From Balanoglossus misakiensis (Eukaryota; Animalia; Hemichordata), in contig CM082589.2 of assembly GCA_040954595.2 (NCBI GenBank), positions 2,848,075 through 2,912,074 on the forward strand: a stretch of 64,000 nucleotides of DNA, in the 5' to 3' direction. Position 1 is the first letter of the stretch. Every line of letters starts with the position of its first letter. The translations under genes and the position numbers were made by a program. This document shows positions 15,801 to 29,092 of this stretch, in pieces. The notes beneath the pieces were generated by a model. It saw only the letters and a program-made list of their open reading frames with translations, ran no database searches and was not told where the DNA came from.

Positions 15801-17060
15801 CCTTGCCTTGTCGGGTCGGTGGCGGGTGTTGCATCGTTCGATGGGCGATTCGCCCCCCCCCCCTCCCTCGATGCAGACCAGGGATCGCGGCAACTCGGTT
15901 GAGGTCGCCACACACACACACACAGACGGCCATCCCACCCCTCGCTACCACCTCTCTCTCTCCCAAACAAGCAAATCTCCCCGATCGAATTTAAGAACAC
16001 GTTGGCAATAATCAAACTTCTGCTCGGCTGCCTCCGTTTCCGTCCCTAATCACGCCATGCATTTCCCCGACGCTTTTTCAAACGAACTTTTTTTTTCCTG
16101 GCGCGACCCTGGAGTCGAGATTTGGTGCGTACAGTACAGCACCGGAAGAAAAAACCTACCGCCAAGGGTATAATATATCATCGGGTCGCATATGCAAACT
16201 GGGGTTGAATAGTGCGAATTCAGCACAGCGTTGTTGTGTACCCGGGCCTCCGGGCCATAGTAATAGTTTCCTTTATTTTAACCCGGTAGTTTCAAAAAAT
16301 GCTCGAAGCTAGCTAAGTCTGGCTGTATCATGGCTTTGCAGCCAACCTTTCAAAGAGGGTGTTCGCTAAGCACATGGTCACACATAAGCCCCCTGTCTTA
16401 AACTTACAAGACCATGTCTCACGATGAGACAATGTTGTACGAAAATCACACCCGAAATGAAACTTTTCCATCGTCATACGGTATGAAACAATCAGAAAAT
16501 CAGAATTTTCACAAAAAAATGTGATAGTTTTCAAAGACTCGAGCAAAATATTGAGTGTTTGTGTTGTAAGTGACCTCTCATCGACCTCCGCCACAAACCA
16601 TATACACACAAAGAGTTGTGGAAAAAACTTTCTTTCAGGTTAGCTATATCGAAACACATGTTGTCCAAATACAGTGTTGTAACATCACACACATGTACAT
16701 GTATACATGAAGGACCCGGGCATAGTGCTATACTGACCATCACCATCGATTCTGTTGCAATCATCGTGGTAGCTTGACCAAAACATTGCAGGTTTGGTCT
16801 CGCCTGTCCCATCACTTGTGTCTTTATTCTGTCCAAGCCGCGAAACGGTCACGGCCAAACACAAACAAATCGTGTTCGTGCAGTTGTTAGAGACCAGAAA
16901 GATATATCACTGTGGATGTTGTTTTTGGTTGTTTGTGAAGAGTTTGCATTCTCGGGCCTTGATAATTATAGGAAGCGATGATCAATCTGTCTTATTAAAT
17001 CCATATCCATTGGTGAGTGTGGACAATCATTTGCTTTGGTTTAAACAGCACCCTTCCCAT

Positions 17061-17268
17061 TCTCTCTTTCTCTCTGTGTATCTGTCTGTCTGTCTGTCTG
17101 TCTTCCTCCTTGTGTGTGTCACTCTTTCTATATCTTTGTCTGTTTTGTTCTATTTCTCTGACTTTGCATCTTTCTTTTCCCTGTCTGTGTCTATATACCC
17201 TCTCTTCTGTGTGTCTGTCTGTCTGTCGCTGTCTCTCTCTCTCACTCACTGTCTGTCTGTCTGTCTGT
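17061..17268. repeat. (CT)n/(CTGT)n low-complexity microsatellite
   Basis: tctgtctgtc/tctctctc repeats. They explain the spurious ORFs 16794..17291, 16995..17249 and 17017..17283. Confidence 0.9.
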
Positions 17269-17479
17269 CACAGCTGCAACTAAGCCAATGAAGTTTGTAT
17301 GATTGTTCAGTTAATGAATAGACTAAGAATTCCTGGCCGTGAAACACAGGCCGGGCAGAGAGGGCATCATAATATTGTGCCAAACTGAACTCTTTGAACA
17401 AAATCCTCCTTTTCCATCGATCCAACCTCCTGCTGACTGCGCTTACTTTGGTTCTTTTCATCGGCGCTGATCGCGGCAC

Positions 17480-17680
17480 AACTCGGCCAATCAAAACTGC
17501 CCCGCGCCCATTCAAGAAAGCGAAAGGGAGGGCCTGAAATAACGAGTCTTTTATTCAAACTTGGCGAGGTGCTTTTCTACTATAGTTAGGGAGCAACTAG
17601 TTAGACAAATTTGATGAGAGGGTCTAACAAGGGCACTGGTAGGAGGTCTTGTTTGTAAGTGTAATTTCTTCAGTCATCGA
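17480..17680 (+). promoter_or_regulatory. candidate distal AP-2 promoter (P1)
   Basis: GGCCAATCA (CCAAT box 17487-17491), GC-rich GCCCCGCGCCC (17499-17509) and Inr-like TCAGTC (17670-17675), lying upstream of an ATG-to-consensus-donor mini exon. The start site is not determinable from sequence. Confidence 0.4.
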
Positions 17681-17880
17681 GGAGCGGTGTTATTGGTTTT
17701 CTTCCGCTCCTTCGCCATAAAAGGCTGGAAAATTGTACAAAGCCGGTGTGTCCTGTGTTTGTCAGTAATTTCGCCCAGTACGTGCAATGACGGTTCCGAT
17801 TTAGAGTAACGCGATGGAGGTTCAACAATTGCTGGTGTAAAAAAAGCGGACAGCGCCTCCCTCTCCTCCCCTGCTGGAAG

Positions 17881-17904
17881 ATGTCTTTTTCTCTTTCGCT
17901 TAAG
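17881..17904 (+). CDS. TFAP2: candidate alternative first coding exon of AP-2 (MSFSLSLK)
   Basis: AAG ATG TCT TTT TCT CTT TCG CTT AAG|GTGAGT: A at -3 of the ATG and a consensus donor in phase 0, matching the phase-0 acceptor of exon 2. Promoter-like motifs lie upstream. Short alternative first exons are typical of TFAP2 genes. Confidence 0.55.
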
Positions 17905-20900
17905 GTGAGTCGGACTTAATCGTGGAGAGGCTTCTCGTCGCCTTCTCTCCTTTCATTTGCCGGGGACTTTCCCACGAGTGAGTGCTCACCATAATAGAGG
18001 GAGTGTACGAAATAAAACGGGGACAGAGCGCAATTTACCCGAGACCCGCTCGTTTCCTCCGCTGCCATTGTTGTGATCGGGAGCGCCTTTGTTAACGCCA
18101 CCCTCTCCACTCGAAATACTGACAATAAACATATTAATTTTGCCATGATTTCGAACAAAAGGAAGCGAATTTCAAATGGAAGGGTTTTTGCTCAGAACGG
18201 TGCCTCGGCGTTGAATCTAAGCCATCGTTGATGAAACAGTTACACGTCGTCTGAGACGCGTGACCCCTTCTACCTTTGCTGTGACACACTGGCCGACTTC
18301 ATCACATGCTCTCTCGGCTATGTAACGCCATGTGCTTAACGTGGCGATACCACGGCACGCCGGGTCCACGCGCCAGATTTGGTCTTAAATGCTTATTTAG
18401 CGGTCCAATTTCTTTGCTTGGTTTTATTTCCCATATACTCGTGGTAAATAGTGATTATTACTCACGCAGTGGCGACTGCAGGGGCGCGAGAGGCTTGTCC
18501 TCCGCTTTTAGAGAAAGCGAACAGGGAAGGGTGACTGTGTTGTGTGTGTTGTTTCATTGGTAGGCAGGCAGCATAGCGTATCGTGCGAATCAGTAAATCT
18601 CCCGAGGTGTTTATAAGCAAAGAAACTCCTAAATATTACCTATTAACGCCTATTATTTGGAGCGGACACTTTATGAAAGAAAGCTGGATGAAAAAAAAAA
18701 GATGAGACACGGTTCGTTTCTCTGGTCTTGGTTGCTAACCACCGATAGAAGAGCAGCCATGTAAGTGATGACATCAAATCTCGACAGTCGCTGTGAAAAT
18801 ATAGAATATGTGGATTTTAACCGGCTGCTATCTTTAAAACCCAGACTCTGGCTTTCTTTAGGGTCGTCTTTGTTGTCACAACCGCATAGCGCGATAGTAT
18901 TTTCTCTCCTTCAATCGCTGTTTCTTTAAATGGAATATTCATTTATGTGCTATAAGCGTGACGCACAAATGCGGCGTCTGTTTCCCTTGAATCCGCTATC
19001 TGTCGTATGTCCTTCAAGAACTTGAGAGATGGCGAGTGAAAAAAAAAACGCGCCGCGATATCTCGATATTTAATATTTATGAACGGGATGTGAAGACGTT
19101 CTAGTATTCTATAATTTCTGATCGTTTATCGGGCGTCGATAGGCCCCATCGCTGTGTTAATCGCCGCGATATCGTTCAGTCAGCAATGGCGGGCTCGATT
19201 CAGCGCGTTCAATGCCTTTTGGCCAGGTTTTCCCCGTTTGGCACCTTTCCCTTTCACGTGCTGCCTTATCTCGAGCCAAGTAATCATCAGCCTTCGCCCG
19301 CAGTTTTCATCTCAAGATTTTCTCTTTCTCCCCCTCCTTCTTCTACTTTCCAAAATATGATCCCATGCCCAACGCCATTCCCCAATCGACAGACCAGTCG
19401 CTAAAGAAAGTATTCGCGTAACCATAGCGATCGCGTCCCTCTGTACTCGTTCAATCACAGACATTTTCCCGCCAGAATTTATCTTCGACATTCCACCGCA
19501 GGTGCTGTATCACGCTACCGTGAAAGAAAAGAAAAACAAGGCAAAAAATATTCACCGACTCAGTGATTTGCCGCAGGAAACCATAATAAAAGAACTGTAG
19601 CCAGAATTACTTGTAATAATACTGTGTTTTTACCTGTGCGATTTTATCGGTATTGTGCGGTTTTTTTCTTCTTCTTAACAAAACGTTAGACAAATGGTCT
19701 AAGTTCAGTAATAATCATGTCATAACCAGCGCATATAGGTTAATACAATCTTCCCAAGAAACCGGAGACGACTGGTAATTAGAATAAGCGTATGGGAGAC
19801 ATTGTTGGCCAGGCAGTCAAGGTTCATTGTTTTAAACTCGAGCATATTGGCGTAATTAGGGGGTCGACCAAAGATAACTTAATATGGGTCACATCAGCAT
19901 AATTGACGTGAACTTGGTTTTTGTAGGTAGCCATACTGATCTGTTTCAGAGGGGACTAAGACGTATCTCAAAGAAAAATTAACCCCGCCTGATTTTTTTT
20001 TGTTATCGGACGAAGACCTTTAGAGTGTTGTAAATTGTCTAGAACTACACTCCTGCAAGAGCGCCGGCGCAGAAATCTGCACCACAAAAAAAAAACATAT
20101 TGCATAGAAGTAACACGCATTCAAAATCGTTTGTACAGGAATATTAATAATGCAGGATACATATATGGCGCTTAAATCCAAATATAAAGGAAATATCGCA
20201 GCAGACACACGACAACCGTCCAGCTTAGAATATCAGCGTAGTCATGTATATGTACAAGTTGTTACTCTTCAGAGAAAGTCTTCATTTCTTTAATTGTTCA
20301 CATAGCAGGACGAAAAGTCTTAGTTTTGACATTTTGAATAGTAATGAATTGTAATACACTAACTGTTTGGTTTTTACGTCAGTAACCTGCAATTGGCATA
20401 CTATTGGTTATTTCTGAGTAGGCTAAGTGTAGATCTTGATGTCTAGAAGTTATCAAAGGATCAAAAGTACAGTACTGTCATTGGTTTATTGTTTTTTATA
20501 GATGTGCCATTTTAATTCATATCCGCAGTAAGAAACTAAAATATTTAACCCGGTTTTCTGTTTTCTTCCTTTCCGGTTATATTTCAAATTTCCGGAGAGA
20601 TTTTTTTAATGCGAATGAAATTATAGGAAAACAAAATAAATGTAATTTCCCATTGCGACTTCTTTTCCTGGGTGGCTGTGAGGACTTGACGTTATCAGGC
20701 TAAATTTGTAATTGGCTATCCCCCTACGACGCAGGTTTATCGGGAATAAAATTCAATAGACTGCCCGCCACAAAGGAGTTGCCGTCTTATCTCAGCCGAA
20801 TCTGACTCGGCGAACGTCCCTATACGATGACAACAGTATTACACGCGACCAAACCAGCGTTTGATAAACGAGGCAACTGAAACGTCACGCAGAGCAAAGT

Positions 20901-22012
20901 TTCATATATCGTGCTGGGTTTGACAGGCTCGTTTGTCAGGCCGCCGCTCACCTCAATTGGGCAACCTATGCCGGCTATTTGCATACGCATTTGCATATTG
21001 AGGAGGACAAACGGCTGTGACCCGAGGTGTTGGTCTCAAAATCAATATTTACAACGGTCGTCAATTCCATGCCGTGTCTGTACCCTAACCCGCAGTGGGA
21101 AGCTGTCCATAGCGGAATCCCCCCAACATTTATTTCCCACTTCCCGTGCACAGACTCGAATCTCCAGAGCGACACACACACACACAAGTTCTCCTATAGC
21201 ACAAGTAGTGTTCTTTAGTATGCAAATTCCAAACACTGACGACGAGGTCCAGCCCTCTTAGGAAATGCACTGTCGGAGCAAAGAGCCCATTGATAAAAAG
21301 GGGGCGATATCTTGTCTCTCACTTTCATATACTTCGGTTTTACCCCAGGACGTCACTTGCCTGCGGCCATCTCAGTTCCACTAATCATTCTGTAAGCCGC
21401 CGACGAGAACACGGCCACCTCGCCTCTGTTTTCACCGTGAACGCCATGCAGCCAGGCCAGGTTTGTGCCGCATATATATATTAATATCGCATTCGCCCTC
21501 CGTGTATTTGTTATCATGTGCATTCGCTCCAAGCTATCGAAAGTGGCGCGAAAATTCATCTGCAGCAAAATGACTGGGCGTTCTGATACGTGCGGTGTTC
21601 GCTTCTCAAATGACTACATCTGTGATTACAAATTGCAAAATAGGGAATGTGTTCTCTTTGTTTGTGTATTATCACTTGATAAGAATATTGTTTTGTTTCT
21701 CATCTATTGTGGGCATAGATCGTCTTTAAAACAATACTGAAGCGCGTGCGTCCCCAGTAGAATCAAACCTATGCATATTTGCCATCGTTGTGTTTAACAT
21801 TAGTGGAGGAAATCAGTAAGATAGATCAAACGGGCAATTATACAACTGAATTGATGTCCGATGTCAACGGTTCGTTTTCACCGGACACATTGTGCTGTGC
21901 TGTGATGTCACATTCTTTCTTTGCTGCCAATCCGCGTTTGCATTGAGTTAAAACATGTCTTCATCGCTGGCGTATCAAAGGGCAGGTCTTCAGTCAATTA
22001 TGGCTTGATTTA

Positions 22013-22077
22013 ATCATGTTGTGAAATTGACATCATGTTTGTGAAATTGACATCATGCTTTGAAAGTGACATGCTTT
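22013..22077. repeat. short tandem repeat, ~20-bp unit (CATCATGTTTGTGAAATTGA), about 3 degenerating copies
   Basis: atcatgtt gtgaaattga catcatgttt gtgaaattga catcatgctt tgaaagtgac atgcttt. Confidence 0.85.
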
Positions 22078-25000
22078 CAATGTTTTTGAGCCGCTCGTAA
22101 ATACGCGATTCTGGGTTGTCAAGGAATTGATACTGTGCATTGTGCTTGCTTCAAATACTTTCTTTTAATTGTCGTTTTATTGATTGTGTTCTGTTCAGGG
22201 TTTCGCTCGGCGACAGAATTTTGTTAATTCTCCTGAAACCTTTTAATCATGTAAGTTTAGTAATTTTCTCTCCTGTGTCGAACTCCTATTAATCGTTTGG
22301 GTTTTTGGTACTAATTGAGCAATTTATATTAGTCTCCATATTCCATGCATTGTAAGTCGCACGACCCGTGTATAAGGTAACGGCCGTTAATTTTTCACGA
22401 CACATTTGAATCAGTCGTCAAAAAGATTTTAAATCGTTGAGCTTATTCATGCTAAAATGTTTTAAATTACACCCGCTTTGCCAAATCTCGTAGAACTAAT
22501 CATATTTGTATGTTAGCAGCGTCCGTATCGTGCGATATTGATTTTGAAAAATGGAGCGTTTTATTATTTTTTTAAATTATATAATACCGAGATCTAGGGT
22601 TGTGATTTTTGTATGGGTGAGACGGGTCTGTTATTCGAGTTGTTTACATAAGGCAGTCGACAAGAGGTATAAGACTGATATCGCCAGTATTTAGACACCT
22701 ATGTAATGAAAAGGGGCCGAGCGAGAAGCTGCCTTCGGGGTTTCACTAACTCTTTACACGCGAGATGCTGAATATTTATAACCTGTGCGCTGAATGGACG
22801 GATAGCGTTTACTTTGCTGTGAGAGAGCCGCGCTGATTGGTCGGCTGTATCGACCCCGTGCCCCGGTGTAATGGATAGCGTGGAGCATGCACCGGGCGTC
22901 TCTTCACCGTGCGCGAAGAAATCCGCAAGGCCGACTTCGCACAGAAGCTGTTCGCGAAACAAGACCCGAGTACTGTCGAATACTGAACCATTGTAGCGCC
23001 AATGACAACACACCTTCCGTAAAACAATAATTTTTGTTTTCATCTCACAAAAGCGAATTGTTAAATATTTCTCATAAATATTTCTTCTGCAACGGCAAAT
23101 ATTCCAGCAAGACTGGTGAGTCAGCGGCCGATGACGTTTAGTCGGTTGACACGACGCTCTTAATGAAAGGTAGCCAAACAATAATATAACAATACTGTAC
23201 AGTCTAGATATGATACACCGATGGCTCTTAAGATTTTCCCCCCTCCGCTTTGACAGTTTTAACTGCGCGAGATTTTTTTTCTCGCACTTCGTGACAGCAA
23301 CTCCGTTCAATCAAAATGTTCAACCTGCAAACCGCTATGTCAACAGTCGGAGTGTGCTAATGAAAGAAATTCACAGCTTTGTGTAATTTATTTCTAAAGG
23401 GTTGTTGAATTTTTCTTCGATTGGGAGGCAGAAAAGAGCGCTTTTCACGTGACAAGTGAGGAAATTCTTCTCGCTTCAATTTTTTCTTTGTCATACATCG
23501 CGTCAAATAGAGAATTCAGACTTGTTTTAGAAACGTTTCTCTGTGGCGATGTGTCAAAACTAATCGCGCATCGACAGGTGAGGGAACGCGCTTTAAAGAT
23601 GATTGCATTTTTACTCATTTCCATATTTTTGAAAACACAAATAAAAAAACTGTTTACTTTATTGAGATGAAACAATGCAAATTAGCCCCTTAAAATAGGG
23701 TCGCAGTGTTCGACTGAAGAAAATATCTTTAATCAGTCGCTGGCAATCTTTCGTCTGGCTAGATGCAACCGCGATGGTGGAATCGTGTGTACATTACCAC
23801 ATTATCTCTCATATCAGTCGCTGATTAACTTTCCACTGCCGTCGCTAAAGATCACACCGCTTCTTATAAAGCAATGCCAACGAGGCTGCTCAGCTATTTA
23901 ACGCCGATAGGTGAATTAAAGGGACAAAGTCGCTTACTTTGGCATTATTTTGGTTGTTTCAGTTTGCATTTGCATCTCTCTGTAATATGAAACACAATAA
24001 TGATATCGAGAGCGAGGCGAATTTAGTCTGTTTGTCTTACGCACGCGCACATTCTTATTTGAGTATTTCAAAGCTCAACAAAGAATCCGTCCGAATCATA
24101 ATGAACTGCGTGACATTAACAGCGTCTTCTCATTTACGTGGATCACCTTGTTAGCCAGTTATTAACATCTTAGCTATGTGTGTGTTTATCTGGTTTACCT
24201 TTTGGTGGGTCCGGTCGGGTCAGGGACGTGATTGCGAAGATTCCCTTTTCTGTAGGTGTTCGAGTTGCACACTAGAAGTTATCAACTCATCTAAACGACT
24301 TTCCATTTGGACTTTCAAAGGTTTTGTACGGATACGTGATATCCCAGCGTTTCGCCTAATATTATGCTCTCTTAGCCTTTGCGCTATAGCAGCATGACAA
24401 CGTGCTGTCCTTTACAGATGAAGGCCTTCTGTATATTTTTTAAAAGTTTCTTAAAGCTTCGGAACAAAAGGCAAGGTGAACTTGGGACAAACGATGGATT
24501 GGCCCGCTTGGTATCATCCCAATAAGCGGCGCTTGGGGAGTTTCTTGGAAACTTCGATCAAACCAACTCATGTCAAAAAGTCAATGGATTTCAATTAAAA
24601 CTGGTCTCCGGATCATAGAGCTTTTATCTTGGAAATCTTCATGGAGGATAAATCGGTTGAATATAAAAAAAGAACCGTTCGGGAGCCGCGTTATCGCGGC
24701 AGTCATATTTATTTATTGGTGAATTCTGCTCATTTCATGGCTAGATGCACTGAGGGATGTATTGCAATACGTCCACATCAAACTGTGAAATCTGGTTAGC
24801 TGGGAGAAGTGACCCCGAGCCTTGTGATTGGTCGGCTGCCGTGACCCCAATCACATGCCGGGAAGGCAGAGAGATGTACTTGTTTGCCCTCTCAATTGGG
24901 CTGGTTACGCTGGAAACCGTTCGGTGTTCTTTAATGATGTGTCTTTCTTTAGGCAGTGTAGTTATTAACTCCATAAGGATGCAGGCTGCTTTAACAAGCG

Positions 25001-26676
25001 CAATGGAAAACCCTCGCCCCCTTTTCCCCGACACACAGACGAGTGTTTCCGATGCCAGCCGAGGATGCCGTCTCCCCTCTCATATACCATGCATGATAGG
25101 CCTGCGTGTTTACATTAGACAGGTAGATGGCGCCCTTGCGTGGAATTGTGCTTCTCACACGTTGGCAACGTGAGAAATTTCTCGAATCTTGCCCGGCCAG
25201 TTATGGTTTCACCATCTCCCAATTGTCGCGCAGTATTTTCTCACAAAACGCATTAAGTCAAGCTTCCAGGAGATGGACACCCAGATTGGGTGATCTCGAT
25301 ATGCATATTATTCACATGTATTATGTAATTAGTTCAAGAACCTGAATAAGTTACCTTCATTTCTTTTTTTCAAATACTCTTCGACCGTAAGGTCACAACG
25401 TCGCTGATACTGTTTTCAGTTCAGATACTAAACCATAGTGGAGTATAGCAATATGTTTTTAAAAGACGTTATTTTTAAGTTTTGTCTATGTTGGTGTAAA
25501 TTGCAACTGCCCTTTCGTTTTTTGAGGTTACCATGGTGATTGTCGACTTTTTCCCCTCCGTATGTCTCGATTAGGTGAGTCATTCAATCGCAACAGTACG
25601 GGTGGCTGTTTTTGGCTTTGGTTCACAGAGGACAGTCGTGTGCGAAAATCGAGCATTAACCCCAAGTCTTAGATTAAAGCCTGTGCCTGCACCGTCACTG
25701 TCATTAACCAGTCGGGTTGCCTCGTCCTGGTTGATTTAAACAAGACATCGTCGGACGACGGGATTCTAAAACCGCCACTTTTATTTTCGTGATCGATTCA
25801 TTAAGGTAAACGGGGAAGAAAAGTTGAAACCAGCTCTTCTGCCTTGGCTGTACAATTATCTGCTTTGGTTGATGAGTTTCTTTGCGAGCGGTGAGCCCAC
25901 TGAGATAGCAGACAGCCAGGCGAACAAATCACGTGTAAGCTATGAGCATCGCACCGTCGCGCATGCAAATTAGAGAGTGTCGTGTCTGCTGTGCCGACTT
26001 CTCAAACAGACAGCAAGTCAATTCTAGACGCTAATGACAACTGCTCCCGACGGGGGGTCTTGCAAAGAGTTTCAGAGCCAAAGTGTCCAAAAAACCGTGC
26101 TTAATGATTTTTGTTTCACTCAAAACTGACGTCATGTGTCAGGAGCTGAGTGTTGTGGGTAATGGATGTAGCAGCAATATGTGATTGCGGACCGAAGCAG
26201 ACGCGGGAAAGCGATAACTTGTCTGTGCCGACACTTGAGAAACAGCTAGATGCGATTTACACTCTAGTCGTAATTTCAAACCAATGAAAGCCATTGAATT
26301 AGCTACAGAAAAAGGGGGGAATGTCACTTTGCCTGTGTGCAGATATCCTGCCGCTCCACGTCGACTTATTGGATGTGACAAATTCACTTTTATTTTGACT
26401 CCTTTTCTTGAGCGCAATTGTTCTCATCTTCTTTCATTGGTCTCTCGGCAACCAGCATGCTGTCGCTGGGAAGATGCGCGCGCGGCAAGCAACAACACGT
26501 TCAAATGCAAACTGTGAAATCCATCCCTAAATTTAATCACCAGTTATATCGAGCCATATCGAGCCAGTATCACAATCATTAACGGTAAAATCAGCGAGCC
26601 GAGTATTTTTATCTCAGATTCCGGGAAGAAAACAAGAAAGGAGTTATAAGCATGCATAATTGTACTAAAATGCGAA

Positions 26677-26699
26677 TGACGTCACTTCCTGCTGAGTCA
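26677..26699. promoter_or_regulatory. composite CRE/ETS/AP-1 motif
   Basis: TGACGTCA (26677-26684) overlaps CACTTCCTG (26683-26691) and is followed by TGAGTCA (26693-26699). The motifs are exact; function is inferred. Confidence 0.45.
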
Positions 26700-29010
26700 A
26701 TATCGTTACTCTGAAGTTACAAATTGACTCTTGAAATACTTCCGGCTCGTTATTTTATTACACTAGCACTTATAGTATTTATTTCTGCATTTTCTATGAA
26801 TCGAGCAGAATCTCTGAGCTTTGTTCATCAAAAGTCAACAAAGTTCCGCACGCAGGGATACGAAACTATGAGGAAATGTTTATCACAATCATACGCGTGG
26901 TTAACAACAACAGTATTATGGATATTCCCAGTTTCCAAGAAACCTAAAAAACCGTCCATTGTTAACTTACTTCATGACGGAACTTCTCCATGGACACAAG
27001 GCGCGCGGGTTTATCGAGGTGATGACGTCATACTATTTGTGCGCTCACTCGTATTTAACGAACTCTGTACTCTGTTTGACACAGACGTCTTAGAAAGTTA
27101 TTTTTGGTTTCACTTTTTGTTGTGGTTACATAGAGTTATGTCGCATGTTAAGCGCTTACATCCATATTCATGAAGCTGAACGGATGGGGCATCATTGGTT
27201 TCAGTTGACTTTGGTTGGTCAGAAGTTTTTTATCATAGTTACCAAGAAAAGCCGGTTACAAAGATTGTAGGCTACCATGAGGTAGAAGAATAACGAGTCT
27301 GTCTTTTTTATGTAGTGCGCCGTTTAACACGATGGGTCATGTGTTGTTTGTCCTGTGTTACATGAATGTCCTATGGTCACGCGAGATCTCGCAAGGTCTC
27401 GCGGAAATGTCTATTGTGATTAACACTGAAACTACCAACATGGGAACGTGATTCATAAACGTCAATACAGGCCTCGAGCAAAGGCTGGTTTTAAAACCCC
27501 ACAGGTAGAAGAAAGTTGACCAAAATTCATGTTGTTGGGGTTCGATTCCTGTGCGATTACATTAAATATGTAAGCGATACCACGCAACGGCGTTTTTATG
27601 ATGTTATGAATATGCTTTCTGTGAATCTCTCGCTTGCAATTTTGGTCCATTTGGAATAATTGTAGCGATAAAGTTTTTCTTGCAACCTGATTAAAAACGG
27701 TGGGATTAGACATTGGTAAATGATATGTGCTGAGTCAGTCTGATCGCTGCGTTTATCTATCCTTAATTCTGAGTTGGCTGGGTCTCCCATTTCATGATGT
27801 GGCAGACGCGTTCTTAGGTTACTGTAATCACGGGTGTCAGTTCGTATTTATCGCGCAATCACGCTGGTTATTTTTACCTGTTTGATTTCTTTGTTGCTAG
27901 AAGTTATGTGTAATTTCTTTTATAGCAATCTATACGCGTTTTGGAATTATCTGCGTATGTTAGTTGTTTGGGGCATGTAAAAGGTATTGATTCGAAGCCC
28001 TGGTTGGCTCTTTAGTCAGAGTCGCCCGTTTCATAATTTAGTTCGCCAGGGCACTGTCTCTGTTTTGTTGTCCATTATTGATGTTTTAGGGGGTCCACAG
28101 CTAGGCTGGAAACCAAACAAAATACAGCAACCGTAATGTCCATTTTGGCCTGTTTTTGTTTTTGGTAGATAATTGCATCTGGTTTAGTCTCCCGCCGCTG
28201 GTTGCGGACGACAAAAAAGAAGAGTTTATTGAAAGTGTTAACTTTGTCCGCCTGCCTGTGCCACCCGTGCAGTTATGATGGGTCAATCATTGCGCATGAC
28301 TGCACCCAATCTAAGAGGTGTTGCAATTTTCGGGGTGGGCAAACAGTGTTGTTGTGGGTGCTTTTACAGAAAGGCGCCGTGTGCGAGCCAAAGCTGGCGA
28401 TGACCCAGTCGTCGCCCCGAGATGTTTTCCCAACCGACTCTGTGCGCCTCTCACCACGCGTTGAGTTTTAAGGCAGTGGGTAACATAGACATAAGCCGCC
28501 TTGAGTGTTCACTTTTGTGGTCAATCAAAGACGCTAATTAAGTCCAAACTCTACCGGCCCTTTTGTTTCTAAATAAGTAGCAATAAGTCAATTATGTCCA
28601 ATTGAACTGTCTTTTAGCTTAAGTGTTTTGTGCAAATCGCGGGAAAAATTGAGCATCGAACGCCGCTGTTTTGGAAACGTTATTGATTGGAATAACAGAC
28701 ATTAGAAGCAGTCTACCACAAAACACGATTCTTGTCTATTTCACTTTTTTTTTCATGGGCGATCCTTTAGTACGCCTGTTTTCATTTCCCCCTACTGAGG
28801 CAATTTCACGGGAAACCGATCCGGTTTACTCGATTATGTGACAATGAGATCAGCGTGTCCTCTTCCCTGTGAAAATCGCCCTCCTTTCCTTCCAAGGTAA
28901 AGGAGGAGAAGTGAAATAGCGGAATTCTAAGATGGAACTCCGGTTCAAAGAGATACCCGCTAGCTCATTCTTTCCGTCGATGCTTAAAGCAAGCAGGTGC
29001 ATTTGTGCGC

Positions 29011-29092
29011 TCTGTCTGTCTGTCTGTCTGACTGTCTCCCTCTCTATCTCTGTCTCTCTCTCTCCCCCCTTCACCCTCTGCCCCCCCCCCCC
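29011..29092. repeat. (CTGT)n/(CT)n microsatellite with poly-C
   Basis: Directly visible tctgtctgtc...tctctctc...cccccccccc. Confidence 0.85.

Noticed and set aside
16794-17291. 165-aa hydrophobic ORF
   Set aside because: It runs through the (CTGT)n repeat and has no domain-like sequence.
17872-17880. In-frame CWK before MSFSLSLK, resembling vertebrate MLWKL
   Set aside because: Only two residues match, and there is no in-frame ATG before the upstream TGA at 17788.
21095-21140. Head-to-head Su(H)/CSL sites GTGGGAA and TTCCCAC
   Set aside because: The spacer is 32 bp, not the 15-17 bp of a paired site.
22699-23310. 203-aa minus-strand ORF, the longest non-AP-2 ORF
   Set aside because: It has a non-ATG start, no recognisable motif and random-looking composition, and a length reachable by chance in 64 kb.
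27538-27550. B-box-like GGTTCGATTCC
   Set aside because: There is no A box or cloverleaf around it.
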